A stretch of DNA of 57,759 nucleotides, filler included, from Sphacelaria rigidula (Eukaryota), in assembly GCA_964200075.2 (NCBI GenBank). It is 9 parts of 9 records of this genome, joined end to end, with 100 filler letters (N's around TTAATTAATTAA, not from the genome) between each part and the next. Parts side by side here need not be neighbours in the genome. Positions count along the whole stretch, not along the records: positions 32,146 to 38,474 come from CAXNAA020020744.1; positions 38,575 to 44,903 come from CAXNAA020020745.1; positions 45,004 to 51,331 come from CAXNAA020020746.1; 6 more parts are not named here. One strand, written 5' to 3'. Made by a program: the position numbers and the translations under genes. Of this stretch, positions 35,808 through 48,000 are shown one piece after another (position 1 is the first letter of the stretch; each line of letters opens with the position of its first letter). The notes under the pieces were generated by a model, which worked only from the letters and a program-made list of their open reading frames with translations, was not told where the DNA came from and did not search any database.

Positions 35808-36739
35808 CCACCGGCTAGGGTTGGCCAAGACTGGGGCAAAAAAAAAGTATTTTGGCGACCGGCTCACGTTTTTTTGCGGCCAAAAGTCATCACAGTGAGC
35901 GCTCGATCCCGAAAATTACAACTTTCCTTGGCAGCGATAATAGGAAGATGAATACGGTCACGTCACTGGTGGTAACGAGATCACCGAGAGTTCCTCGAGC
36001 AGAGTGATCCCCAGATACCTTTGAGTGTTCATATCTCTCGACTGCCTCGTTCGTTTTGCTTCGTATTTTGTAGTACGCCCCCTTCACCGGGAGTTACTTC
36101 GCAGTAGCCTGCCGTTGTTGCATTTGTGTGTGTGTGTGTGGGGGGGGGGGGGGAATTTTCATAATTTTGAATCCAAAAAAAAACCCACAATTAATTTACN
36201 NNNNNNNNNGGGGGGAATTCTCATGATCTTGCATGCCAAAGTCATCCGACCATTGATCTCGCATCCCTACGAAGCCGGGACGGAGCACGCCGGGTTTTCG
36301 CCGGACCAGGCTCGCCCTCAATCACCAAGCGCCAAGCGCCGTGGTGTGTTCGGCAAGCGCATGAAGGGCAAGCTGCATCCTGCTATGATTTGTTCGGCCC
36401 GAAGCTCACTGATCATCTTGCATTTGGGTGACAGCTTACAATGAGTAGGTTCATTTTCTGGTATCGTCACTTCCAGCGACAATCACGGCTTATACACAGC
36501 ATCATAGATGTCTCAGCATGTGAAAACTAGCTATATTGGTATGATCATCCCCTCTGCGCGGAGTAAGTAAGGGGGGGAGGGGGGACACTCATTTGTTGCT
36601 TGCCTTGGTCGTTTGACCATTGACCACGCATCTCTTTCGAGACGGAGCACCGTTTCTACTCCTAATAGAGACACCTCCAACATTCTGGTGCTCACGACAT
36701 ATCTTAGTACATAACCCAGAGCCCCTTTACATATTTAAT

Positions 36740-38390
36740 GCCTTTCCTATTTCGCCGTCCGTGGTCATTTATCACAAGTAGAGCGATCGTTTTCTCGCAA
36801 CCACCAGATATACCAAAAACAAAATCATTCAAAACTCGTCTAGCTCCTACATCTCCTGCAACAAGTGGCTTCCCTCCTTGTAAGGTTACAGTCTCCCACG
36901 ATATAAGTTATACTCTATTGCTTCGCCACATGCGGAATTCGTGCATCTACTTCCTCCTCCACCCGACCTCCTACTCGTATACCTCTTTCTTTCTTCAGGC
37001 AGATCCACGTACCCCACCCGAAATCGCACTTCCAACTTTCCCGTGTAGTTCATTGGGTCGTGCAGATACGTTTTCATCCCCATCCCCTCCCTCAACATCC
37101 AGTATATCTCCAGGTGCTCTCCGTCACTTACTTTCCGTCTTAAGCGCTTTTTTTTTCTGATCTCTACCCTGTCTCTTATGTTCGTCTTGTACCCGCCACA
37201 TTTACCTGTGGACATTGTCTCGTCTAGGGATCCCATATCCTCCCATGCTGTCTTAACGACGATATCTCAATCTATTCTAGCGTCCCAGTTCGCTGCTATC
37301 TTTCAGACACCCTATTAACCATGGCTAGCAATCTTCACGTGGCATGCCCCTCACTTGATGTTGCCATTTCAAGTTTTTCATGTCCCAATTTCAAGTGAGC
37401 ACATTCTAAATTCTGCTCTCAACATTTCATTGCTCGTCGTTACTGAGCATCCAAGTATTTTCTGAGCTGCTGTCATCTGTACCGTTTCTAGTTGCTTCAC
37501 CAACTTCGCGCTCCCTTCCCACAATTGTGTATATTTCAGCGTTGGTATAATCATGTTCATCAGAACACACCTTTTACCCCTAGTATCTAGATGCGAGCCT
37601 CTTAGGACTGGGTCTACCTTGCCCACCTTTCGCTTCACCCTTTCCCATCACTGTGTCTTTGTGCGCATCCCAACAACAGTTTTCTGAGATGTCCACGCAA
37701 AGGTATGTATACTGGTCGACGATCGGTAGTTCTCTTCTCCCTCCTTCCATTTGAACTCTACAGGACACTCCTTACCTTTGTTACAAGTACCACGCATTCG
37801 TTCACGTTCGCTGTTACTCTCCATTTCTTAGCGTATCCCGGCACTTTGTCTACTTACTTTTTTGCAATCCTTCTGGTGGATCTGATATCCCCACGAAGCA
37901 TCGGCTAAACACAATGCCAACACCCTATCATACCCCGCCTTGACTCCTTGCTTCGCTGTTTCTACTGTCATGACCAAGCCATAAGTAATATCTTTGATGA
38001 GTGGGTGGTATGGTCCGTCCTTGCGCGACTCCTTCGGATTTATCAACATTTGATTTGATTGATTGTCGTAATGTAACTGACCCCTGAGGGGTTCAGCGGT
38101 GGTCACATGTTTAGACATGTTTTGATAGTTCCCGCCATCTAGCGTCATCGCACTTCTCGCACATGCTGTAAAATTTCTCATTATTCCCCACATATTTCCT
38201 CTGATCAAATGTTTCCACATTTTCTTCCATTGCCCACTTCTCCATACTGTGTCATTGGCCTTCTGTACATATCGAAATACGGTGCATTGTTAGCCCCGCG
38301 CTTTTCCTTCCTTGAACAACCTTACTTCATGTGTGCACAAGGTCTCTGCAGCTGCGGTTTGATCTAAACCCTGGTTGACCCTCGCTGATT
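36740..38390 (-). mobile_element. Degenerate LINE ORF2 fragment (RT core, thumb and C-terminus)
   Basis: Fragments LALCLAD(A) (cf. LFADD), VDQYTYLCV (cf. YKYLGV), IIPTLKY..LW..LETVQ..AAQKILG...SNEMLRAE and RFRVG..DL. Many frameshifts. A T2 tail is inserted at 38048-38108. Confidence 0.75.
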
Positions 38391-39418
38391 TTTTTTTTGC
38401 AATGGCCTAGAAAAGGTATACCTTCTCGTTTTTTGCCCAAGAAAGGTACGAAAAATGACCAGAAACGTGAAGATNNNNNNNNNNNNNNNNNNNNNNNNNN
38501 NNNNNNNNNNNNNNNNNNTTAATTAATTAANNNNNNNNNNNNNNNNNNNNNNNNNNNNNNNNNNNNNNNNNNNNATACTGCCTCATGGGTGTCTCACCAC
38601 TTAAACACAACGTAGTACACTCATCCCCATTGTGCGGAGTTGAGGTTCTCCCACGCCGCACAACATGATCTAGCTCGACTACCATCATGGCTACCGGGAA
38701 AAAAAAAAACGCAAGCGCGAGCAAAACAAAACGGTAACCTGGTTGCCTAGCTGACGCAGTGAGAAGTGTGTTTTACAGCGTCCTCGCCAACCGACGCCAA
38801 CCCCATCGGGGGCTGTTGGGGGGGTATGAACTATGGGCTTCATTAAACATCTCATAGATTGTCTTCGTGACTACCGTAACAAAAAAAGGGGACCGACGGT
38901 TATTCGGTTGGGCCCTTGTTTTCTTCATTGCTCATGGGACTAATGCTAGGGTAGGGTGCACAAATATTTTTTAAGCGTAGAACCGTTAGGAGCCATTTAT
39001 CTAATCCGAAACACGACTCATGAAACCTGTGAGAGTACACCAGGAGTACAATTCCATTGTGCTATAATAAGGACATCTCGAATAATTTGCAAGCAGGGAT
39101 GCCCTGACCCATATTCTTGTGCATCTAGAATCCTTAGGAGCCCCTGAACCAGACAAGATTTCGCGGGAAAAGTGCACCACTACCGTAGCATTGCTCTGCA
39201 CCGGTAACCATTCATGCTGTAGGGGGGTCGGGGGGCAGGTACTGTATCCGAGTTATTTCATGACGATCACTCGAAGAAACCATTGTTTCATTATGCGCAG
39301 GAAGATCGCCGCCGCCGCCATCACTATCAACTTTCAACATCAACAACGACAGCAACAACAACAACTGTAACAAAGTCAATAACAAGAAAATGACGAAATA
39401 TATCTCACCATCATTTAC

Positions 39419-39541
39419 CTGGATAATGACCTGCGTGGCAGCCTCAATGTTGCGTGCAGCATGTCTCTGCTGCAGTAACTCTTTGGCAGTGGTCAAAGCA
39501 GATCCGCCGGTTGCCTGCACCCTACCGTTCAAATCCACCAC
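39419..39541 (-). CDS. SEC15: Exocyst subunit Sec15/EXOC6, third visible exon
   Basis: cgcag|VVDLNGRVQATGGSALTTAKELLQQRHAARNIEAATQVIIQ|gtaaat. 123 bp, phase 0-0. Confidence 0.85.
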
Positions 39542-40781
39542 CTGCGATGCCACACCAAATGAACCCAACCCACACAACACAACAACATGGGGATAAACAC
39601 ACGAAGGATGTAAAACATCGGCTCCCTAGCGCACCACCTGGTCATCTTCCATTTGTGCGCGGCATTTCCATGGGTGCATGCGCCTAATCTTATCACTGGA
39701 TGTTACTTTCTCGCAAAACAATCTTATCTCGCAAAGTAGTTTTTTCCGTTTTTTTACTGACGCCCGCAACGTGAAAAACAAAAGGGAGGGTTGGTGAAAT
39801 AATTCTTGACGACAATGGACGGACTGAGGGAGTGGTGATGGGTGGTAATTGTGCTCCACGGTAAAGTGCAAGGCGGGTATATCGGGGGTACCGCGGGAAA
39901 TATAGATGCGGGAAAATCCCTATAGACTGGGGACTCGTCCAGTGTCAAGAGGAGGCGGGGGGTACAAGAGGCTGACTTGGATCACGACCCTGATTCATTT
40001 GTTTCACTACTCTTGTGCCCAACCCTCATCCTGTAAGAGGGAGGGGGGGGGCGAGGGTTAATGGGTACGACAAAATAAAAATTCAAGAATTTGAGTACAC
40101 ACGGGAATGAGTAAATAAATTCGAGAAACTAAAATTGGATCAATCGGTCAATCAATCACTAAATCGAGTCTATTGATTGAATCAATCAAATTAATAAAAC
40201 AGATCAATCAATTAAATCAATTAAATCAATAAAACAGATCAATCAATGCATCAACCAACCGACCGATAACTCAATTCACCAGTACATCAATACATCGACA
40301 AATAAAGGGCCCTATACGCGCAGGGAACCGGATAGCACTGCGCAGCGGGACACTAAAAAAATGTCTCACGAAGTACATCGTTTTCGACACCGTGGCAAGC
40401 TCCGGTGGGGAATAACTGCTCACTCAGTCAACACTAGGGCAGCACTTCTCGAATAAAGATCCCTTGTTATCTTGACTTTCACCCCCTCGAAGAAGTGGGC
40501 CCATGTGCGCATGAAAGCACGACTTGGGGATCTTTTCCGTTGGCAATGTCTTCTCATTGTGCAAGTCTGCATACTGTCTCGCGGAGAAGTGGGAAAATGC
40601 GTTTTTGTTTTCAAAAGCGATTACATGCAAAAATGGATAATTTTCTTTTTCGCTGTCTTGTGTCGCTTTCCACTTGCCTCTTCTCTCTTTCGTTCTTCTC
40701 AGATTCTCCTTGCCTCGCCTCCCCCTTCCCCCTTCCCCCCCCCTTCCGCATTGTTCTCTTTTTTTTCGCGTGTCACTTCAC

Positions 40782-40916
40782 CTGATCCTTGATATTGGCC
40801 ATATCCGCTCTCATCTTCATCAGCTCTTCGACGCTGTCGATGAACTCTGAGTAGTGTCGGTGACATACACGAGAAATCTCCTTCTGCTTCTTTGACTCAA
40901 ATTCTCGCAGCGCGCT
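40782..40916 (-). CDS. SEC15: Exocyst subunit Sec15/EXOC6, second visible exon
   Basis: cgcag|SALREFESKKQKEISRVCHRHYSEFIDSVEELMKMRADMANIKDQ|gtgaag. Sec15 EI...C..Hy..F..s...L..vR motif. 135 bp, phase 0-0. Confidence 0.88.
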
Positions 40917-41019
40917 CTGCGTTGTTGGACAGGGAGGCAAGGGGGGATGGTGGCAGGGGCAGGGGCAAGAAGCTGCCTCAAACGTGAATTATCGACTATC
41001 CTTTTTGAAGATGTGTTAT

Positions 41020-41256
41020 ATTGATTGATTGATTGATCGTGGCACTTGAACTGATTCCCCAGGAGTCATGATCCAGCCGTGGTCACATGATAGACGTACC
41101 CGAGGAAAAACAAAACTGAAACACTCGCTGAAGAAAAAGAAGGAGCAGACAAAAGTCGAACAGAACGACATAGCAGACTAAGACGTGAAAAAAAAAGATA
41201 TATATATAATGAATAAAAAGTCAAGAAAAGCAAAGCACAGAAAGAAATGGCCGGTC
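41020..41256 (-). mobile_element. Family T2 retroposon (continues at ~41733-41770 beyond the MITE)
   Basis: Reverse complement of 14170-14355 with a (TCAA)n tail. The body across the MITE matches 32300-32345. Confidence 0.75.
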
Positions 41257-41259
41257 TAA

Positions 41260-41729
41260 GGCCGCTCCTTATAACAGACAAAAATAAGAACCTGGAAAAG
41301 TGCCTTTTTAGAGCGCCCACGTCGTTTTACGCCCTAAAAGAGAGCTAGGCGGAGTTTGACACCTTGGAATGACTTGCTCAACTGGTTGAGGCGGTTCCAG
41401 GACATCATCCCGTTTTCCGGTGGCCGCAGTTTTTGTTTTGGCCAAACAATATTTTCTGTCCAAAAGTGGTTGAGTCCAGAGAAAAATGGCGATTTTTTCT
41501 AGACTAGACTGTTTTTCAACGTTCTTAGACAAAAAATCTTGTTTGGCCAAAATAAAAACTGCGGCCACCGGAAAACGGAAAGATGCTCTGGAACCGCCTC
41601 AACCAGTAGAGCAAGTCATTCCAAGGTGTCAAACTTCGCCCAAGCTCTTTTTTAGGGCGTAAAACGGCGTAGAAGGTCCAAAAAGACGCTTTCCCAGGTT
41701 TTCATTTTCGTCTATTATAAGGAGCGGCC
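41260..41729. mobile_element. Foldback MITE, PIF/Harbinger (Tourist)-like, 470 bp, TAA target-site duplication
   Basis: TIR GGCCGCTCCTTATAA.AGAC with ~200-bp inverted arms. TAA at 41257-41259 and 41730-41732. An empty-site homolog is at 32300-32345. Confidence 0.92.
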
Positions 41730-42240
41730 TAAAACAAGAAAAAGGAAAAGGAAATAAAAGAACAAAAATAACTTACAATATGATTTGAACAGTTTTTGGT
41801 CCCCGGGTAAGTTGAACGGAATGCTAAAATCGGGAAACGGACATAGAATGAAGGGTGCACAGCAGGCGCTTGACCGTGACTCGAAACAGTCTCAGCGCTA
41901 GCGAAGCGAGTCTTGCGGTTACGACTGTAACCATTCGCTGGCTACGAGTGCTAGATAATGACCCCAAGGGGTTGCTTCTTGAGCGGAAAATAACCCTCCG
42001 CCTCCTGTGTCACCTTTCTATACAGAGCAGTGCCGCAATTGAGACAAAGCACACCATGAACAACGCCAAACACAACCAACATAGCACTTGAAAAAAAGCA
42101 TAAAACAACTCAAACAACTCAAAACACTACCGTCAACAATTACCTTCAACAACAACAGCATCACAACCACCACCAACAACACATGACGATCTGGGGATAT
42201 TATATATAACCGACAATCCAACACTCAACACTCAACGCAC

Positions 42241-42342
42241 CTGAAGGTCCGAGCGCCAGCCGCGCTCCAGGGCAGTGCGAATAACCACGGTAACATCGGC
42301 AGCTGGGCCCTGGCAAACCTCCTGCACCAACGAATCTATCGC
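42241..42342 (-). CDS. SEC15: Exocyst subunit Sec15/EXOC6, first visible exon
   Basis: ccag|AIDSLVQEVCQGPAADVTVVIRTALERGWRSDLQ|gtgcgt. 102 bp, phase 0-0, joins SALREF in frame. Confidence 0.75.
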
Positions 42343-44667
42343 CTGGCCGCAAAAAACAGAGTAGCAACATGGTGTATCGGGGCGACGGGGGGCGAGGCGT
42401 ACTCAGTTGTTGCTTGCCTTGGTTGTTTTACTATTGACCACGCATCCCTTTCGAGACGGAGCACCGTTCCTACTCCCAATAGAGACCCCTCCCCCAAAAA
42501 AGGCGACGCGGGAAGTCAGAGGGGCGCTCTGAACACCTTCACGTACAAACCGCGGGGCAGTAAAAACAGCAGGTGACAGTATATACCGATCCTTCACTTC
42601 CCGTGGTGTCTCCTTCAATCTCGATCTTTGCGACATGAAAACAGTCTCGCACTGCCGAAAAATACTACTTTCCGAGAGAAATCTCGGCCACATATTTCGA
42701 ATAGCGCAACACTCCCGGAGAGCGAGGCATACCCGCCATAAATCACGAAAAAAATCGAGGTTGAACCAAGATGGTCAAACACATGCATGCGGGGGGGGTA
42801 CGGTATCTTTAATCGCGGATCAGCGGTGTTCGATTTCTGGGTGAATTAGGGACAAGACAAAAGATAAACACGTATTTACCAGATGAACAGACTGTTAGAA
42901 GAAATGTGTGTTGGTGGTTTCTGAAGTGCACACGGCGAGAGAACCGAGGAGTGTAAATCTTCTCGAGAATATCACAGGTCCTCCTCCTCCTGGAAACGTT
43001 GCAAAAAAGTGTTCACCAAGAGCCGTGCCGTAATGGCGTGCCGGGTGTGTTTGTCTTGTCTTGTTATCTTCCCGTTTTTTCGGACGTTGAGCACTATGCA
43101 CTATTGCAGGCATCATATATCTCTCTCCAGAATATTCCTCATATGATCACGTCGTCTTGTTCGGGCGTTGAAAAAAGTCTTTGCTTTTTTATTTTCAAGA
43201 TACTCGTTCAGAGTAGGTAGCGACCACAGATGGGCCCATACAGCGTCATCCGTATATAGTGCACCATTCCCAAAGGCCGTCAGTCGGTGTTCAGCTACCT
43301 CCGTGCTACAGCGGTCCATCTGTAGTCGCTGCGCTCGCAACAAGCGTCTAAGCTTTTCAGGTACATCTACAAGTATCTCGAATGTAAATTGTTCCGATAC
43401 ATCAACCACCCTACCATCACCAGCTGACAGTACAGTACCGTATCACATCTTCTAGCTCTGTCCTGGGGGTCTCTGCTTTTCATTCTAAGAGTTTGGTTGG
43501 TGCTACTCCGTTCCCCGTCCTCCAACGAAGGCCATGACCGGTCTTGTCGATACGGCGTGGGGAGGGTATTTTCGGCGGGTGTAGGGCCGGAATCACCGTC
43601 AAGGAGTGATTCCTTCTCACGACCACCCTTGGCCAAGGCTGTGGTGTGGTAGTAGAGTTGGGTCAGTACCGTGCTCATCAGGCACACCCTCCCCTATGGT
43701 GGTGAGCGGTATATTATGTCACACCCTGAGTGCGGGCATATCCTGCGTTACAAGTAGTACAATGTGTCAACACCCGAGTGCGGGCATGTTGGGATACGGT
43801 GTGTGCGCGGAGGCAGATGACACCACTGTCGAAAGCTGGTACGCGCACCCTTGATACAAAGGAGCGTGTGCCGGTATGTAGACTGGTTTCGGCGACAAGA
43901 TTGGAAGAGGAGCGGTCGTCGACGGACGGGTTAGATCTGCCTGAGCCTCCTAGACGAGACACTAACTATAGACCAGCACCAAAGTGCATAGCGAAGGAGG
44001 AAGTGTTTCATCACGAAAGGAAGCAGAGGGGGCACTGTTTGGGGATCATGGACACCGGCGAGGATGGGCGGTAGGGTTGGCCATGGACGCTGGAGAGGAC
44101 AGTTGGGAGCGTCAGGAGGTCAACTTCGAACAGGACCTTGAAGCAGAGAAGAGTAGAGCTGGCGGCTAATTTCGTTGAGGGCGGAATATTATTTTTCTGT
44201 CGGGTTTTTGATAGTTGTTTGTTGTGGATGCTACATACAGATGACATCTCATGTTTTCACGGTTGAATATAGGACCCTTTGAACAGATTCTGCTTTTTGC
44301 TGATAGCGCCATGCCGGGTGTAGGCTAGACACGCCCTGCCTGTTGTGTTTCTATAACGATGCTATTGTACTTGACCAGACCCCGAGGGAAATCGTAGGTC
44401 CTGGCTTTCTCTCCTCGTTGCCATCGGCTGTTCCTTTTTTTTTTGTTCTTGTCTTTTTTGGATATTCCTATCTGACGTTGTTCAGTCTCCGGTGCGCAGG
44501 CTCTGTAGGGAATCTCTTTGAACAACACCCCAGACAGTACATCTATTTTGGGATTGGTCTCTGTTCTACGCGACCGTTTCGGTTATCGGCTTACTCGCTG
44601 TTACTACTCTGTATATTCAGCAGTACGTGGCAAGGTAGTCGGAGAGGTCGCACGCGGCGACTTTTCA

Positions 44668-44878
44668 GATTCCAGTAGGTCTCCTGTAGTTCAATCGGTC
44701 TTATATGGATCTATCGTAGTGTGGGTGCCTTTTTTCGAGTAGATGTTTTGTTTCTTGCCTCCCTCCGCGGGCTGTTTGATTTATGGGTATGGGTGGTATG
44801 CTCCTTACGCTCTGTGACCACGGGTTCGAGAGATCGAGCTAATGTGACGAACATAATAATAATAATGATAATGATGAT
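44668..44878 (+). mobile_element. Family T1 retroposon 3' end with (AAT)n tail; the element may extend 5' to ~43600
   Basis: Matches 6105-6329. The upstream part is not confidently translatable. Confidence 0.7.
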
Positions 44879-45003
44879 GTCTGAGTCCTCCGTTCCCCGT
44901 CCTNNNNNNNNNNNNNNNNNNNNNNNNNNNNNNNNNNNNNNNNNNNNTTAATTAATTAANNNNNNNNNNNNNNNNNNNNNNNNNNNNNNNNNNNNNNNNN
45001 NNN

Positions 45004-48000
45004 TAAAAACGCAGACGAGCTACATGGGTGGTCTGAACACGACCCAAAACAATGTTTTGGATCTCAAACACATGCCGGTGATGAGCTCCAACCACTCTTC
45101 ACGGACCAGTCCACGTCGCCATCATTCTAGGCGTAACTCCCGGGCGACGCACGCGTGCATACAAAACGTATTCGCCTACCTCGAAATTCGGCAATTTCAG
45201 CCCCGACGAAGACCCCCCACGTCTACGCGCACGTTCAGCGGCAACACGCTCCTGCACTTGAACGTGGAAACGTTCTTGCAAGTCCAAGACTCCTTTCAAT
45301 GCACTCTTAATTTAAACATCGTCCAAAACATCACAGTTCCATTCCCCCGTCGACGAGGACGCCAGCACCGAGAAAGACGTCCGAGGGGCACGGCCAAACA
45401 TCACGTGGTACGGCGTACTATCGTACCGACGGCGATATATATGCTGTATTTAGCGCCTATTGCACCGCCGGCAACACGTCCACCCAATCGGTCACCTCTG
45501 GACGCTGCTCGAGAAGAATAGAGCGAAGAGCACGAACTACTTTCTTGACCATGCATTCGCACGTACCCTTAGACCACAGAGAATACGCTACCGCAAACCG
45601 GTGATCAACGCGCAAAGCTTCCCGCAACCGAGCTAAGATCGCATTCTTGAAATGCGTGGCGGTACCACTTACCCACACACGGGGCACCCTCAAAGGTTTG
45701 CACCAGTTCAGCAAAGATGCAGTGGTCGATTCAGCAGTACGCACGGCTACTGGTTCCAGAACCACGAAGTTGCTCAAATCATCCATGATGACCAGAATGT
45801 ATCGAAACCCAGCACCCTCCGACAAACCGTGGGAAGCTAGCGGGCTACTCTCGCCCACGTACAAGAAGTGAAAATGAACTACTTCATTCGGCGTGGTCCC
45901 AAGGACCGTTTCGCCGAGCGGGCGGGGAATAACATCGCCCGCCCTCGAGTCAGCATAGTGAAGATACTGGCGGACAAATTCGCGCACATTATTTTCTATT
46001 CCCTGCCAGACACAGAACTCTTGCAAGCGCACGAGCGTTGCATCCACACCACGATACCCAGCGTCGCGCATGTGCGCGCAAATCATCAAACGTACCTGCA
46101 ACTGCTTGTCAGAGCTCGGAATCTACAAAACGTTTCGGCCACGCACATGCACACGAAACAGGCCTTTATTGTTCAAGATAGCAGTACCAACGTCCGACTC
46201 GAAAGATTGCACATCCGCATCTTCGGTCCCAAGGTCTTTTCGTTGCGCTTGGCGGACAACAGATTTGGACGGCATCGAGTCATCAGGTTCACACGGACCA
46301 TACACAGCCACAGCGCGCGCAGGCAAAGCCGGAATATTTACCCAGCGCGAAAGCAAGTCACCCGCCGCGTTACGCTCCCCCGAAATATGGCAAATCGAGT
46401 AACGGTACTGGCCAAGAACAGCTTTCCACCCCTCCAACCGCTGTGCCAACGCCTTCGACACAGACGTAACGCACGCCTCCAGGTTGAAAACATACACGAG
46501 ATTTCGGTGATCCGTGAAAATGTGCACGCCATTCCACAAAAGAGGCCCCAAATGACGGAAAGTGCTTACGATAGCAAAACCTTCCTCATCAATTGTGGCC
46601 CACCGCAACTGCGAACCCTTACAATTACCACTGAGGAAAGCCAGCGGTTCATGCGTCATGTCCTCAACTGGCAGGCGTCTTTGCATTTCCGTTTTAGGTA
46701 CCTGCGTAACAAAGCTACCCCAATGACACTCAGATGCATCCGGAAACATTAGCACCTGATGATCAGGACGAGGATAGAACAGCGTCACGGCGTGAGCCAC
46801 CAGATCCTTCGCTGCCGCCCACGCCTGCAACCTATCCTTCGTCCATGATGCAGGCGGAATAGCGCGGTTTTTGCAACACGCTTCGTCCGCTTCGCAGCAC
46901 CCGCCATGAATTCTTCGAGGAAAAAACGCAAGGGGGCTATGGTTTCTACCATACGCGGCAACGAGGTACGCAGCCAATTCACGACCTGCCGGAATTGCAT
47001 GAGTTCTGCGGCCGTCTCCGGGCGCCGCATGTCAGACAAGCCTTGCAATCTGACAGGGTAATGAGATACGCGTCCGTGTGAGAAAACTTTTCCACACCAT
47101 ACGAGTTCACTAGTGAATAAAGTGCATTTGTGCGCCGCCGCAAACAAACCAACATTCTCTTAACGGGCCGAGATAGCATCAAGCGTGTCTAAAAGTTCGT
47201 CTTCCGTATCCCCGAAAAAAACACATCATCCACCCATATCTTGCATTTCAAGCCGACAAGCAGTTCTGTCATGATATCTTGAAGATATGCCGTGGCATTT
47301 AACACGCCTTGCGGTACTCGCTTCGGGGTAAACAAGCCTAACGGGGTCGTGGTTGTGAAAATCTCCAGCGCCTCCTCCGCCAACGGCATTTGCCAATAAC
47401 CTTGGAGGAGGTCCAACTTTCCGAAAAAACGAGCACTTAAGAGATCACGCATGTCCGACTCTTGATTGGGCATTACACCTGGCGATTTCTCAACCTGATC
47501 ATTTACGGCCTTGTAGCTGCTTACCCGGCGAAACGAGTCTTTCTCGGGAACCGCCATCGTCGGACTGGACCATACCGCCTGCAGGTTCCGGACTACCAAC
47601 CCAAGCGCCGAAAGATTCTCGATGCACGACGCCAACCAGCTCGACTTCACCGGATCGTACCGCCGCGGCTTCGCCTTCACCGCGGATGCCCCAGGTTTCA
47701 GCTGAACACGCATGGGCTCCACGCGCGCAGGGGGATCACCCCGCAGCGCACGACGAAACGCGTTGATGCGGCGATGCAAGATGCCGCGCAGGCGTTCCGC
47801 TTTTGAGACGCTGAGACCTTTCGCGACAACATCCGTCACGCTCTCCTCTAGCGCGACCTTCCAAGCCTGCTCCTCTTCCGCCGGGTCCATGAACTCATCC
47901 GGGCCGCGCTTTACTAAGCGTTCCACCGCTGCATCCCGCTCCTCGGTCATCTGCCCCCCAGCCTCCTGAAAAGCATGAATTTGGCGACCCTCCGCCCAGC

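Noticed and set aside
32211..38466. Inverted ~80-bp repeats near both ends of contig 6 as TIRs of a giant element carrying the Myb gene
   Set aside because: Each copy abuts an A/T run inside a different older repeat (T2 body, LINE), and similarity seems to continue outward toward the contig ends. They are more likely two independent copies at which the assembly broke. No TSD is testable.
39001..39201. Next Sec15 exon (CTRIWV...YYSTM)
   Set aside because: The resemblance is superficial and the nearest AG gives the wrong phase relative to the phase-0 donor at 39419.
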